Counted from the stretch's first letter, positions 28,853-37,704 are shown. The stretch is 45,352 bases of DNA from an uncultured Candidatus Saccharibacteria bacterium (GCA_964424375.1 CAYRIH010000006.1:1-45352); one strand, 5' to 3'. A program made the numbers and translations. The notes: generated by a model from the sequence alone, not told the origin.

Positions 28853-31800
28853 TTATCTATCTTGCCAGTTATGGGTACGATAAGTAATAAATGTGGCCAT
28901 AATGCTTAGTCCAAGTAGTAACAAGAGTAGCAACCAAGCATTTGTTCCAGTTTGAGCCAAACCATTCTCATTTTGCTCGCCTAAAATATCTCCACCACCT
29001 GTTCCAGTATTGTTATCACCTAATGCTAATTCATCATTAGTATCCTCATCTTGTTCACCGGCTACCTCTTCTTCATCGGCAGGTGGAGTGTAATAGCCTC
29101 CGCCGCTTCCGCCACTGCCTTGCTGGTCAACTCCACCTTCTTGATTGCCAAAGTCAATGCCATGCCATTCATTGGTGCCGGAATCTATGGTTAAATTATA
29201 GGCATAGTTGTAATCATATCCTGGAAAAGTTTGTGACCAGCCAGATTGAATTTCCTCTCGTACGACATAGTCACCATATTCCAAATCAATAAAGGAGTAA
29301 TTGCCATAATTGTCAGTACTCTGATAAGGTTCATCTTGATCTTTTTCGCCGTTAACATTTAAGTCCAAATAAATTATCCATTCCGCCAAACCATCTTCTC
29401 CCTCATCTTTTTCAGCATTGCCGTTAACATCGTTAAATTTCATGCCTGTGATTAAACCAAGTTCTGGTTCCTCTTCTTCGTCTTCCATAATTTCTCGATT
29501 ACCAAAATTTAATCCAGTTGATTCGTCATTGGCTGATACGGGATAAAAACCGTCTGGTAATGGCGCTGTTTGTACCCAACCAGATTGGGTTTGTTCAGCA
29601 ATTATTACATTACCTTCTATACCAGCAAGATTGAGCCAATAATTGCCATCAATATCAGTTATATCCTCTGCTACGACTTCGTATATTTTTACAGTTAAAG
29701 TGCCAACATTATTAGAAGCATAGATGTCATAAATTTGGAAAGTTACTGGGTTGCCATCTCCAAATAAAGTGTGCCAATAGACATGGCTGGGGTTATAAGA
29801 GCCCCAATCAGGCGCAATCTCATCAATATGCAGATCAAGTAGAGTTGGTCCCCAAGATTCATAGTTTTGGACTATGTCAGTCCATTCTGTATTCGGTTCC
29901 CTTACAGAATATTTAGCATCGGCAGTAATCAAGTCACCAGCATGAAATGTGCTAGAAACTCTCAGGAAATACTTTTGAAAATCTATTAAAGGCATAGAAT
30001 CAATTGGTGTACCTGTTTCTGGCCCATTAGAATCTACTTCTAAAGTTTCTACCAATTTACCAGCATAGATTGTCCAGCCTTCCAAGCCTTCTTCTCCTTC
30101 GTCTTGCTCGCCGTTGTCATTGCGATCATTAAACTTCATTCCAGAAGCACAACCATTGTCTTCTTGGTATGGGTCCTCACAGGCTAACTCATTAATGATT
30201 GTAGTTGTGCTGGCTTCTGCCCATATAATCTCACCTTCATTATTAGGTTCTGTGTTAACTCTGCCTAAAGCCGTATTGTCTATACTACAGACATCTGGCA
30301 ATGAATAAATAGCTCTTACTCCATCAACATCAAATCCATCAGTGGTCTCAGTGTTAAAGAAATCATCAGGATTAGATACATCTATAATTTTAATATATCT
30401 GGCCCAAGTTAAATCACTTAAATCAACTGTTCCATCTAAAATAATGGTGCCCAAGTATGCCCAGTTTATGCCGTATTGTGAGGCATAGATTTCAGCAGTT
30501 TCTGGGTATTGCTCTTCACTGGGATTTCCATAACTGGTTTCGAATACTTCTATATCATCACCATCGCCGTTGATAATATAGTTGTTAAATCCTAAAACCA
30601 GCTCGCCACCACCTTGGTCATCACCAAAGCCCAATGAGACAAAATTAAGTGTGTCGTTATTTTCAGCTTCACCCAAAGCATTTTCTGGATCACTTCTTTC
30701 TTCTAATACTGGCTGTCTATCTTTACGTAAACCTTGATTAAATGATTCTACCCAGTCAGCCCAGACATCCATTGATACAAAAGCATCAAGGGTCACTATA
30801 AATGATACAGTGCCACTGTCTGGAGCAACAATATCCCCTAAGTTCCAAGTTACTGTGCCGCTCGATTCAGTGCCGCCATTATCGGCTGAAACAAAACTGG
30901 TTCCATCTGGCAATTCATCAGTAATCACCATATCATAAGCTATACCTTCACCAATCACTGACCAATTAATAGTATAAATTATCTCACCAGTTTCAGGGTT
31001 AAATTCTCCAAACTTTTCTAGTTCTAAATAGTTACAAGCTCCATAAGTGGCATCAATAGCATCAATATCATAGCCATCTGCTCCATCAATATGGAGATTA
31101 AAATCAGTAGTGTCAGTAATACGAACATACTTAATCCATGGTAATCCTGTGGAACTAAAATCTAAATAGTCTATACCATTGTCTGGAGCCTGGTTGGTAG
31201 CAGTGCCTATTTCATACCAATCACTGCCATTTTGACTAACTTCCACTAAAATAGTTTCTTCTGGATATGAATATCTGCCGTAAGTTATTTCATGAAAAGA
31301 TAAATCATTACCCTCAACATCTAAGATGTATTGATTGAATGATACAACTAAATTACCACCTTGTCCCAAGCTGTAGAAAACACCATCGGGTTCGCCTAAA
31401 GCAGATTCTGGATTGCTCCGACCTGTCTCTACTGAACCCCCACCTTTAATAGGGCCTTGGTTATAGCTTTCTACATTATCAGCCCATTGTGGTCCGGGCT
31501 GACATGGTTCTGGGCAAACTTCTTCTACCCAAACATTATCTAAAAAGGTGCCTAATGAATTAGGATTGCCCAAATCAGAAAATTGAACCCTAGTAATATC
31601 CGAGACAGCCTCGAATGTATATGTATGGTAACTCCAATCAACATCTGTCTCCCCTGGTCTAGAGATAGTATCAACTATATCTCCATCCCACTCAAATTGT
31701 AAGATATTATCATCTACACTGGTATCTGGCCGAGGTGAAAAATAAAAAGAGACTTTATATAAATTACCAGGGGTAGTTGTCAGGTCTTGATAAATATAAA

Positions 31801-32491
31801 CAGAAGCTGGCTCACCGCTCATAGAACCACTTGGTCCGTCCCAGTCAGTATCTAATTCTGCATATTGATTACCAGACTGTGCAATCCAATCATTAACTCC
31901 GGCTTGCAGTTCTAATAAAGCTGGATTTGGTCTTTGATAATCACCATAAACAGTTGGTACGGTTGGCATCCAATTACCAAACCAATCAGTTAAATTAGAA
32001 TTTAATGGAAATATATCCCATTGGTAAGAAGAATCTACGTCTGGATATTCAAAATCTCCATTAAGTATCATGTTTTCTCCACAAGGCAATGGTGGATTAG
32101 GAATAACATCAAGATCTTCTGGTGGATAGGCAGATGGCTCAACTGGTTCAATAAAATCACCAGATTGATCAGCTTCACCTAATATTTCTTCATTATTGCC
32201 TTCATTTCCTTCAGAATTTGTTGCCTCATCTGTATCACCTTCATCTCCAGTATCCATATCTTCTATAGGGTCTTCATTCTCTATAAAATTTTCGTCCGGA
32301 TCTGATAATTGCTCTTCGGCATCTCCATCCCCACTTCCTTCTTCTTTAATAATGACTGGATCTTGAGGATTTTCCTGGGCTAAAACCCAGGAATTAGCAA
32401 CAGGTGCTAATAAAAGAGATATTGCTAGTACAAAACACAAGCTAATCTTAAAAGTTGCTTGTTGTGTACGAAAACACTTTTTAACATTCAT
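28853..32491 (-). CDS. Large acidic cell-surface protein: DUF642-like, two internal repeats, DUF11-like, two SdrD-B-like domains, LAQTG+TM tail
   Basis: Signal peptide; NMILNGDFE; WADxVESxNQG twice; ITDELPDGTSFVSA; GMKFND...GEEGL twice; C-terminal LAQTG, TM helix and short tail. Confidence 0.8.
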   Translation of the reverse strand: MNVKKCFRTQQATFKISLCFVLAISLLLAPVANSWVLAQENPQDPVIIKEEGSGDGDAEEQLSDPDENFIENEDPIEDMDTGDEGDTDEATNSEGNEGNNEEILGEADQSGDFIEPVEPSAYPPEDLDVIPNPPLPCGENMILNGDFEYPDVDSSYQWDIFPLNSNLTDWFGNWMPTVPTVYGDYQRPNPALLELQAGVNDWIAQSGNQYAELDTDWDGPSGSMSGEPASVYIYQDLTTTPGNLYKVSFYFSPRPDTSVDDNILQFEWDGDIVDTISRPGETDVDWSYHTYTFEAVSDITRVQFSDLGNPNSLGTFLDNVWVEEVCPEPCQPGPQWADNVESYNQGPIKGGGSVETGRSNPESALGEPDGVFYSLGQGGNLVVSFNQYILDVEGNDLSFHEITYGRYSYPEETILVEVSQNGSDWYEIGTATNQAPDNGIDYLDFSSTGLPWIKYVRITDTTDFNLHIDGADGYDIDAIDATYGACNYLELEKFGEFNPETGEIIYTINWSVIGEGIAYDMVITDELPDGTSFVSADNGGTESSGTVTWNLGDIVAPDSGTVSFIVTLDAFVSMDVWADWVESFNQGLRKDRQPVLEERSDPENALGEAENNDTLNFVSLGFGDDQGGGELVLGFNNYIINGDGDDIEVFETSYGNPSEEQYPETAEIYASQYGINWAYLGTIILDGTVDLSDLTWARYIKIIDVSNPDDFFNTETTDGFDVDGVRAIYSLPDVCSIDNTALGRVNTEPNNEGEIIWAEASTTTIINELACEDPYQEDNGCASGMKFNDRNDNGEQDEGEEGLEGWTIYAGKLVETLEVDSNGPETGTPIDSMPLIDFQKYFLRVSSTFHAGDLITADAKYSVREPNTEWTDIVQNYESWGPTLLDLHIDEIAPDWGSYNPSHVYWHTLFGDGNPVTFQIYDIYASNNVGTLTVKIYEVVAEDITDIDGNYWLNLAGIEGNVIIAEQTQSGWVQTAPLPDGFYPVSANDESTGLNFGNREIMEDEEEEPELGLITGMKFNDVNGNAEKDEGEDGLAEWIIYLDLNVNGEKDQDEPYQSTDNYGNYSFIDLEYGDYVVREEIQSGWSQTFPGYDYNYAYNLTIDSGTNEWHGIDFGNQEGGVDQQGSGGSGGGYYTPPADEEEVAGEQDEDTNDELALGDNNTGTGGGDILGEQNENGLAQTGTNAWLLLLLLLGLSIMATFITYRTHNWQDR

Positions 32492-32698
32492 GTCTTTTCC
32501 TAATTAATAAATAAATTACTCCACCCCTTCAAGGCTAAAGAATTACCTTCACTTGGTCAAGTGTAGTAAAAAGCTCTTAAATAAAAAAAATTTAAGAACC
32601 TATTTCAAATTTCTAGAATCTAAGAACAATAGTTATCATCCAGTCCTATTTGGACTAGTTTTATTATTGCGAAAAATTAGCTTCCAGAGCTATAAATG

Positions 32699-32727
32699 TT
32701 GACATGTAGGTATTTATGTGGTAAATT
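32699..32727 (+). promoter_or_regulatory. sigma70 promoter
   Basis: TTGACA, 17 nt, TAAATT, with an extended -10 TG. Confidence 0.55.
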
Positions 32728-32758
32728 ATCCATACCAAACTCAGCAAAGGAGGGATTG

Positions 32759-33127
32759 ATGAACCTTAACAAGTCTTTGATTGTATTATACATATTCATA
32801 TTCTTTTCGATATGTATAACTCTTGGTATTTATATCAACTTTGCGCAAGTCAGTCAGCAGATGTTGATTGACTTAGATCAGCAGGTCATCTCCCTACAAG
32901 ATGATAAGCAAGCTCTGCAGGATGAGATTAACACCATAACTGGTAGAACGTTACAGTTATGGCTAGTAAACGAAAACGGGGAGTTGATTCCATTGGGCTC
33001 TACAAGGTTTTTTAGGGAATTAATTCCCGAAAACCCAAACCTTTTCACTGAGGATTTAGGTAATGGTATCGGTTTTACAGGTAACAGAATCGATATCTAT
33101 TTACCAAAAGAATCCATCCACCAATAA
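32759..33127 (+). CDS. Hypothetical protein with a TM helix and coiled coil
   Basis: AAGGAGG SD before ATG 32759; 122 aa. Confidence 0.7.
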   Translation: MNLNKSLIVLYIFIFFSICITLGIYINFAQVSQQMLIDLDQQVISLQDDKQALQDEINTITGRTLQLWLVNENGELIPLGSTRFFRELIPENPNLFTEDLGNGIGFTGNRIDIYLPKESIHQ

Positions 33128-33138
33128 GGAGGCTTACT

Positions 33139-33315
33139 ATGTCTCTTACTTTAGATGATATGAACATGGATCTTGGAGAGAACAAAGGCGAAAAGCAACT
33201 TGAACAGTTGGTTGCTCGAGCTGTTGCCTCTCAATTGGCTTTTCGGCTGTGTAACAGCTTAATAACCGGATTGCATAGCGATGATCCGGTAACCCGGCTG
33301 CTACAAGGCGAATGA
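33139..33315 (+). CDS. 58-aa hypothetical protein absent from the ORF track (MSLTLDDMNMDLGENKGEKQLEQLVARAVASQLAFRLCNSLITGLHSDDPVTRLLQGE)
   Basis: TAAGGAGG SD overlapping the upstream stop; ATG 33139; TGA 33313-33315; terminator immediately after. Confidence 0.7.
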   Translation: MSLTLDDMNMDLGENKGEKQLEQLVARAVASQLAFRLCNSLITGLHSDDPVTRLLQGE

Positions 33316-33322
33316 ACTCCTT

Positions 33323-33352
33323 AACCCCCACAGTATTTATTGTGGGGGTTTT
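33323..33352 (+). terminator. Intrinsic terminator
   Basis: AACCCCCACA / TGTGGGGGTT plus TT. Confidence 0.7.
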
Positions 33353-33376
33353 ATTATTGAATTAAAAAACCTCAAA

Positions 33377-33820
33377 TCAAGAATTTATCCGTAACTTATT
33401 GATATCATCAACTGTAATCCAGGCAGACATCATACCGTAACCACTCTTATCAATTTCAAATGGTTTTATTTTTTTAGGATCACTAAGAAAGATTAATAAA
33501 CAATAGTTCTTATTTTTGAACATCTGATAGTATTTATCTATTTTATCTATCCCTAACCCATCCTTTATTCCATACCTATCGAGTATCTCTTTAACTTTCT
33601 TGGGATTTAGATTAGAAAACTGTAATACTTTAGATACTATTGTTTTTACAGTAACTAGTTCACCAGAATCTTTGAAATAGACAATATCTCCTTTGCTGAT
33701 TCTATCCCAAGGGGCATATTTATTCTTATACCAACGAGATTCTATTGTCTTTTCCTTAGTTAAAATCTTAGGCAGTAAACCCCAAGACTTCTTCATTATG
33801 GCTAAATGGTGTCTATTCAT
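33377..33820 (-). CDS. ASCH/PUA-like domain protein
   Basis: HLAIM...KILTKEKTIESR...GDIVYFK motif. Confidence 0.75.
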   Translation of the reverse strand: MNRHHLAIMKKSWGLLPKILTKEKTIESRWYKNKYAPWDRISKGDIVYFKDSGELVTVKTIVSKVLQFSNLNPKKVKEILDRYGIKDGLGIDKIDKYYQMFKNKNYCLLIFLSDPKKIKPFEIDKSGYGMMSAWITVDDINKLRINS

Positions 33821-33855
33821 ATCTTGATTATAATACTAATTTAAACAACCTAAAG

Positions 33856-33880
33856 AAAAAACCACCCAAGAATGGGTGGT
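33856..33880 (-). terminator. Intrinsic terminator
   Basis: ACCACCCA/TGGGTGGT with a T-run on the minus strand. Confidence 0.6.
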
Positions 33881-33953
33881 AATGGAATTGGCATAATCGG
33901 ATATCACTTTGATTTGATAGCAAGAATGGTTTCATCTGCTTCAGTCAGTTTGC

Positions 33954-34271
33954 TTAAGTACCTGATTGTATCGTCAGTTCATCGGCGAGAGCTACACATG
34001 AATCGCTTTTAATACGATAACCTTTGATGCCAGATGGGTCGACTAAAATCATTGTAGATTGAGGCGGCAAGAATGTTCCTGGGCTAACTTTTCCAGATTC
34101 TTCTATCTGTTTATACAGTGCCTCTGCAATAGACCGATTTTTCACATAAATAAGCTTTGTCGGATCATCTCCAAAGGAACAAAGAATATTTACTGGAAAC
34201 CACCATTCTATAGTCCATTTAGATAGGTCAGCCCTCTCTAATGGATGCATCCCGTCTTCTAACGCGCCCAT
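33954..34271 (-). CDS. Hypothetical protein
   Basis: AAGGAGG SD; 105 aa. Confidence 0.7.
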   Translation of the reverse strand: MGALEDGMHPLERADLSKWTIEWWFPVNILCSFGDDPTKLIYVKNRSIAEALYKQIEESGKVSPGTFLPPQSTMILVDPSGIKGYRIKSDSCVALADELTIQSGT

Positions 34272-34440
34272 ATTCTGGGACCTCCTTTATTTCAAGATTG
34301 CAGTGATACTTCATAATAAAATAAACCTATATGTTTGTATAGGTTTGAGTATTAAAAAACCCTCAATTTTATATGTGGGTATACATTTTCATTATTTTTA
34401 CACAGAACGTACATTATCTGAGCCCAAAGGTTCTTTTTTC

Positions 34441-34923
34441 TTAATAACGAGTTCTACTATCCAGTATACCAACTGCTAACAATATAACTACAGCAACTAT
34501 ACTGCTCAACAACCAACCAAACAAAACAAGAAACAACTTCACTAACCCGAATTGCGACATAATCCGAATGACTAAGAATGATGTCCCCCAAGGGTGCCAC
34601 CGCTTTTCTGAGCGCTGAAATGCCTCAAAATTATTCCATTTATTTGTATTCCAACTCCATCGTCGAGCATGTCTCCAAAAGAAATAACCAGTTACAATAG
34701 CGACCAACATACCGGGCGCCATTAGAATAATACCTGATAAAAGATCCGAAAACCAATCAATGTTGTGAGTAAGTGTAAAATTAAGAAATATAAAAATATA
34801 CAATGGAATTGCAAGAAACAACCCTCGAGCTAAAATATTACCTGGACCAAACACTGTCATTGAAGGTTGTTTAATATATTCAATTTGTGATTCAGATAAT
34901 TTTTCTTTTTCACGTATTTTCAT
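34441..34923 (-). CDS. Membrane protein with a Trp-rich loop (DUF2628-like)
   Basis: 3-4 TM helices; ARRWSWNTNKWNNFEAFQRSEKRWHPWG. Confidence 0.65.
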   Translation of the reverse strand: MKIREKEKLSESQIEYIKQPSMTVFGPGNILARGLFLAIPLYIFIFLNFTLTHNIDWFSDLLSGIILMAPGMLVAIVTGYFFWRHARRWSWNTNKWNNFEAFQRSEKRWHPWGTSFLVIRIMSQFGLVKLFLVLFGWLLSSIVAVVILLAVGILDSRTRY

Positions 34924-35038
34924 TATTTTTTAATTAAGTTGTATGTCACCACGGGACAAAACCGTTCCCAAAGGTTTTATCCATGATTTGGTAGCCTGAC
35001 GTTACCGGATGATGTTAAAACTTTTTGTATAGAAAAAG

Positions 35039-35779
35039 TTAAGAAAAATCAATATTTTTTACTAGCTCAATAACTTCATTGAGAAATATCGTAAAGTCAC
35101 CGTTCTTGTCTCGATTCTGTTTATATATTTCTAAAACTTTCGATCTTATCTCTAAATGTTTTGTATACCCAGAATCAGGTTTTGATAGCAGTTCCCTCAT
35201 GTCTTGATTAAGTAGAATTGTTAATATTTCTTTTAAATGCTGTATTTTTGTCTCATCTAAACCTTTATCTAAACAATGCTGCCTATATTTCTTCAAAAAT
35301 TCGATATGCATTATTTCATGCATGGCAATATCCTCAAAACCACCATACTGATTAAACATAAACCCATTGTTATGGAAAGGACACCGCACACCAAAGGTAA
35401 AGAATCCAAAATATTCTTTCTCCATATCAGCGATAGGAATATCCATCATTTTAGATAGAGCTGTAAAGTATTGAACAGTGATATTATTCCAACGTTTTGC
35501 CGCTTCTTTAATCCTATGACCTGCTAAGCTTTTCATTTCTGGGTTTCCGTAAAAATCTTTTACTTTTTGTCTGATTAAATCCTTAGACTTTTGTTCAGAT
35601 TCAGTATTAGAAATAATATCAGCAACATCTGCTGGTATGCCACCAGGGTTAAATTTAGTTTTGCCACTATTTAAACCATATACAGATTCTTTGGCAAAGG
35701 TGTTATACCAGTTTTGAGCTTCCCATTCTAAATCGAAACCCAAAACCATTCTCGGATATATAGGTTGTTTATTATCCAT
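35039..35779 (-). CDS. Hypothetical protein with an HExxH motif (zincin-like)
   Basis: AMHEIMH followed by HLKEILT (possible third ligand Glu). Confidence 0.65.
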   Translation of the reverse strand: MDNKQPIYPRMVLGFDLEWEAQNWYNTFAKESVYGLNSGKTKFNPGGIPADVADIISNTESEQKSKDLIRQKVKDFYGNPEMKSLAGHRIKEAAKRWNNITVQYFTALSKMMDIPIADMEKEYFGFFTFGVRCPFHNNGFMFNQYGGFEDIAMHEIMHIEFLKKYRQHCLDKGLDETKIQHLKEILTILLNQDMRELLSKPDSGYTKHLEIRSKVLEIYKQNRDKNGDFTIFLNEVIELVKNIDFS

Positions 35780-35797
35780 ATTTTAATAATAGCAGAT

Positions 35798-35828
35798 AAA
35801 AAAGCGCACCGTTTAATAACGGTGCGCT
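35798..35828 (-). terminator. Intrinsic terminator closing the radical SAM-peptide operon
   Basis: AGCGCACCGTT (35803-35813) / AACGGTGCGCT (35818-35828), followed by a T-run on the minus strand. Confidence 0.8.
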
Positions 35829-35856
35829 GTGCACAGCGCGCAATGGAATGTACTGC

Positions 35857-36012
35857 TTAGTCGGGATCAGAAGGATCTGGACAATCCATACATTCGTGGC
35901 ACTCACCTGTGCATGGACTACCTCCAGTACATTCCGCTGATAAAGTCTCGGAATGTCCGTTTTGAGAGATAACATCAGAATCTCTTTCGGAAAAAACAAG
36001 AATCGCAAGCAT
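35857..36012 (-). CDS. Putative RiPP precursor peptide, 51 aa (MLAILVFSERDSDVISQNGHSETLSAECTGGSPCTGECHECMDCPDPSDPD)
   Basis: AAGGAGGT SD overlapping the rSAM stop; Cys-free leader and a core with 5 Cys; terminator follows. Confidence 0.72.
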   Translation of the reverse strand: MLAILVFSERDSDVISQNGHSETLSAECTGGSPCTGECHECMDCPDPSDPD

Positions 36013-36029
36013 TTCGAATCGCACCTCCT

Positions 36030-37382
36030 TTAATAAGAATTGTTGGGTAAACGATTGATTAAATCTAATGCCTTGAGACGAATTATCAAAGGGATGCACT
36101 CAGTAAAAACTTTACAATAAGGAGATTTAGACTGAGCCACGCCCGAGTAACTTACATTCGCAATAGAACATCCTCCCCCACATATTAATGCCCAAGGGCA
36201 ATCAATACAAGGAGAATTGTCTGCCAATACTCCTTTCTCTGTGAGCCCAGGAATAGTTTCTTGAGACCATGCCATTTGCAAAAAAGTAGTTGCATCATCA
36301 AGATTGCCCAGAGGTTGTTTGTCCATTTGAGACTGACAAACAAAAACATCGCCCAAATGACTAACTGCCACACCAGAATAACCAACGTTACAAGCCCGAA
36401 GATGAGAACGACGATTAATATGAATATCGCATAATTGGTGTTTAAATTTGGTTATCTTTTTGCGGATTGAATCAGCGTAATATAAATAGCAATCCCTTAG
36501 AACAACCAGAACTCTTTCCACAAACTCCTGATAACTTTCATACGACCCGTCGTAGTCTCGAAATAACCCATAACGAAACGGCAGATTGTTATCAATAAGA
36601 TATTTGCTGAGAACTGGAATACCTTCGATATTAACTTCGGTAATAGTTGTTAATATCTGAGGATGCATACCTCGCGATATACAAAGATCAATAGAGTGTT
36701 TTACCTGCTTGAATGATTCTCCATGACCATTTCTAATAGGCCTCAACGCATTATGCACTTTACCAATCCCGTCTAATGAAATGGAGAGAATAATCGAGTG
36801 TTTAGAAAGATAATTTAACCAACGTGTCGAAAGCGTCACCCCATTAGTAATCAGGATTAACTTCAGGTCAACATCTTGCCGTAAAAAACGTTTTTCACAC
36901 TCATTAACCACATATTCGATAATAGGACGGTTTAGCGTAGGTTCCCCGCCCGTCAATCTAATAGCCACTGATTGCAATTCATGAACTCTCACAGTTTGCT
37001 CTAGTTTATCGATATACTTACGAGCAATTTCGATAGACATATGTCGCCTATCATGTTTATTGGCGATATAACAGTACGAACAGTCAAGATTGCAATCATT
37101 TGTGATATGTAACCAGGTACTCATAGATCTGATATTCGATGTTTTGAGTGTGTACTTGAGAACGTTGGCTGGTATTTTCTGGCTTACAACTAAGCCATTG
37201 TCAATCAGACGCCTTATTCTTAATTCATCAATATTTATCTGATGCCCAGGTAAACTCTCAAGTAGATCTTTGGTCTCCATATCCATCAAAACTACTCCAT
37301 CTTTCGAACCAGGAACAAATGCATAACCATATCCATCAACGTCATCGATAAAACAATTGTTTACCTGATGATACTGAGACAT
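36030..37382 (-). CDS. Radical SAM/SPASM domain protein, putative peptide maturase
   Basis: CNLDCSYC; TGGEPTL; ITNG; SISLDG; SPASM cysteines ACNVG...DVFVC...CIDCPWALICGGGC...YC; ~85-aa N-terminal extension. Confidence 0.92.
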   Translation of the reverse strand: MSQYHQVNNCFIDDVDGYGYAFVPGSKDGVVLMDMETKDLLESLPGHQINIDELRIRRLIDNGLVVSQKIPANVLKYTLKTSNIRSMSTWLHITNDCNLDCSYCYIANKHDRRHMSIEIARKYIDKLEQTVRVHELQSVAIRLTGGEPTLNRPIIEYVVNECEKRFLRQDVDLKLILITNGVTLSTRWLNYLSKHSIILSISLDGIGKVHNALRPIRNGHGESFKQVKHSIDLCISRGMHPQILTTITEVNIEGIPVLSKYLIDNNLPFRYGLFRDYDGSYESYQEFVERVLVVLRDCYLYYADSIRKKITKFKHQLCDIHINRRSHLRACNVGYSGVAVSHLGDVFVCQSQMDKQPLGNLDDATTFLQMAWSQETIPGLTEKGVLADNSPCIDCPWALICGGGCSIANVSYSGVAQSKSPYCKVFTECIPLIIRLKALDLINRLPNNSY

Positions 37383-37430
37383 TTTCAGTCCTCCTTATTA
37401 TCAAAGATTTCACTTAATAGTGATGATTAC

Positions 37431-37459
37431 AATATATTAAAAAACTAGCTCTAGGTCAA
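37431..37459 (-). promoter_or_regulatory. sigma70 promoter of the rSAM operon
   Basis: TTGACC (37459-37454), 17 nt, TATATT (37436-37431); AAGGAGG SD at 37396-37390. Confidence 0.55.
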
Positions 37460-37471
37460 GCTTATTCAGGA

Positions 37472-37545
37472 TGGCTGGGGTGGCAGGATTCGAACCTACG
37501 ATCACGGGACCAGAACCCGTTGCCTTACCACTTGGCTACACCCCA
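37472..37545 (-). tRNA. tRNA-Gln(CTG)
   Basis: TGGGGTGTAGCCAAGTGGTAAGGCA; anticodon arm ACGGG-TT CTG GT-CCCGT; GGTTCGAATCC; encoded CCA. Confidence 0.97.
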
Positions 37546-37576
37546 ATGTTTAATATTTCCTTTATGCACGATTTTA

Positions 37577-37635
37577 TTGCCTTACTCACTTGCCTGCCCG
37601 CTGACGCGGGACGCGGCCAGGGGCTACACCCCAAT
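37577..37635 (-). pseudogene. Relic 5' part of tRNA-Gln interrupted by a 30-bp insertion
   Basis: TTGCCTTACtCACTTG [30 nt] GCTACACCCCAAT matches 37520-37547 apart from the insertion and one extra T. Confidence 0.7.
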
Positions 37636-37682
37636 AATGACATCTAGATTATAACTTAACACAGAATCTGTCCATAATACTT

Positions 37683-37704
37683 AACGGCTCATCCATGAGC
37701 CGTT
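37683..37704. terminator. Hairpin, possible terminator
   Basis: AACGGCTCAT-cc-ATGAGCCGTT. Confidence 0.45.

Noticed and set aside
33146-33331. 61-aa minus-strand ORF in the track
   Set aside because: Shadow of the + strand 58-aa ORF, which has an SD and a terminator.
33356-35040. Integron attC array
   Set aside because: No convincing RYYYAAC...GTTRRRY sites and no intI; most genes have their own expression signals.
35772-36099. 78-aa ORF (35772-36008) and the 80-aa long form of the peptide ORF
   Set aside because: The first runs through the terminator; the second overlaps the rSAM gene. The SD position supports ATG 36012.
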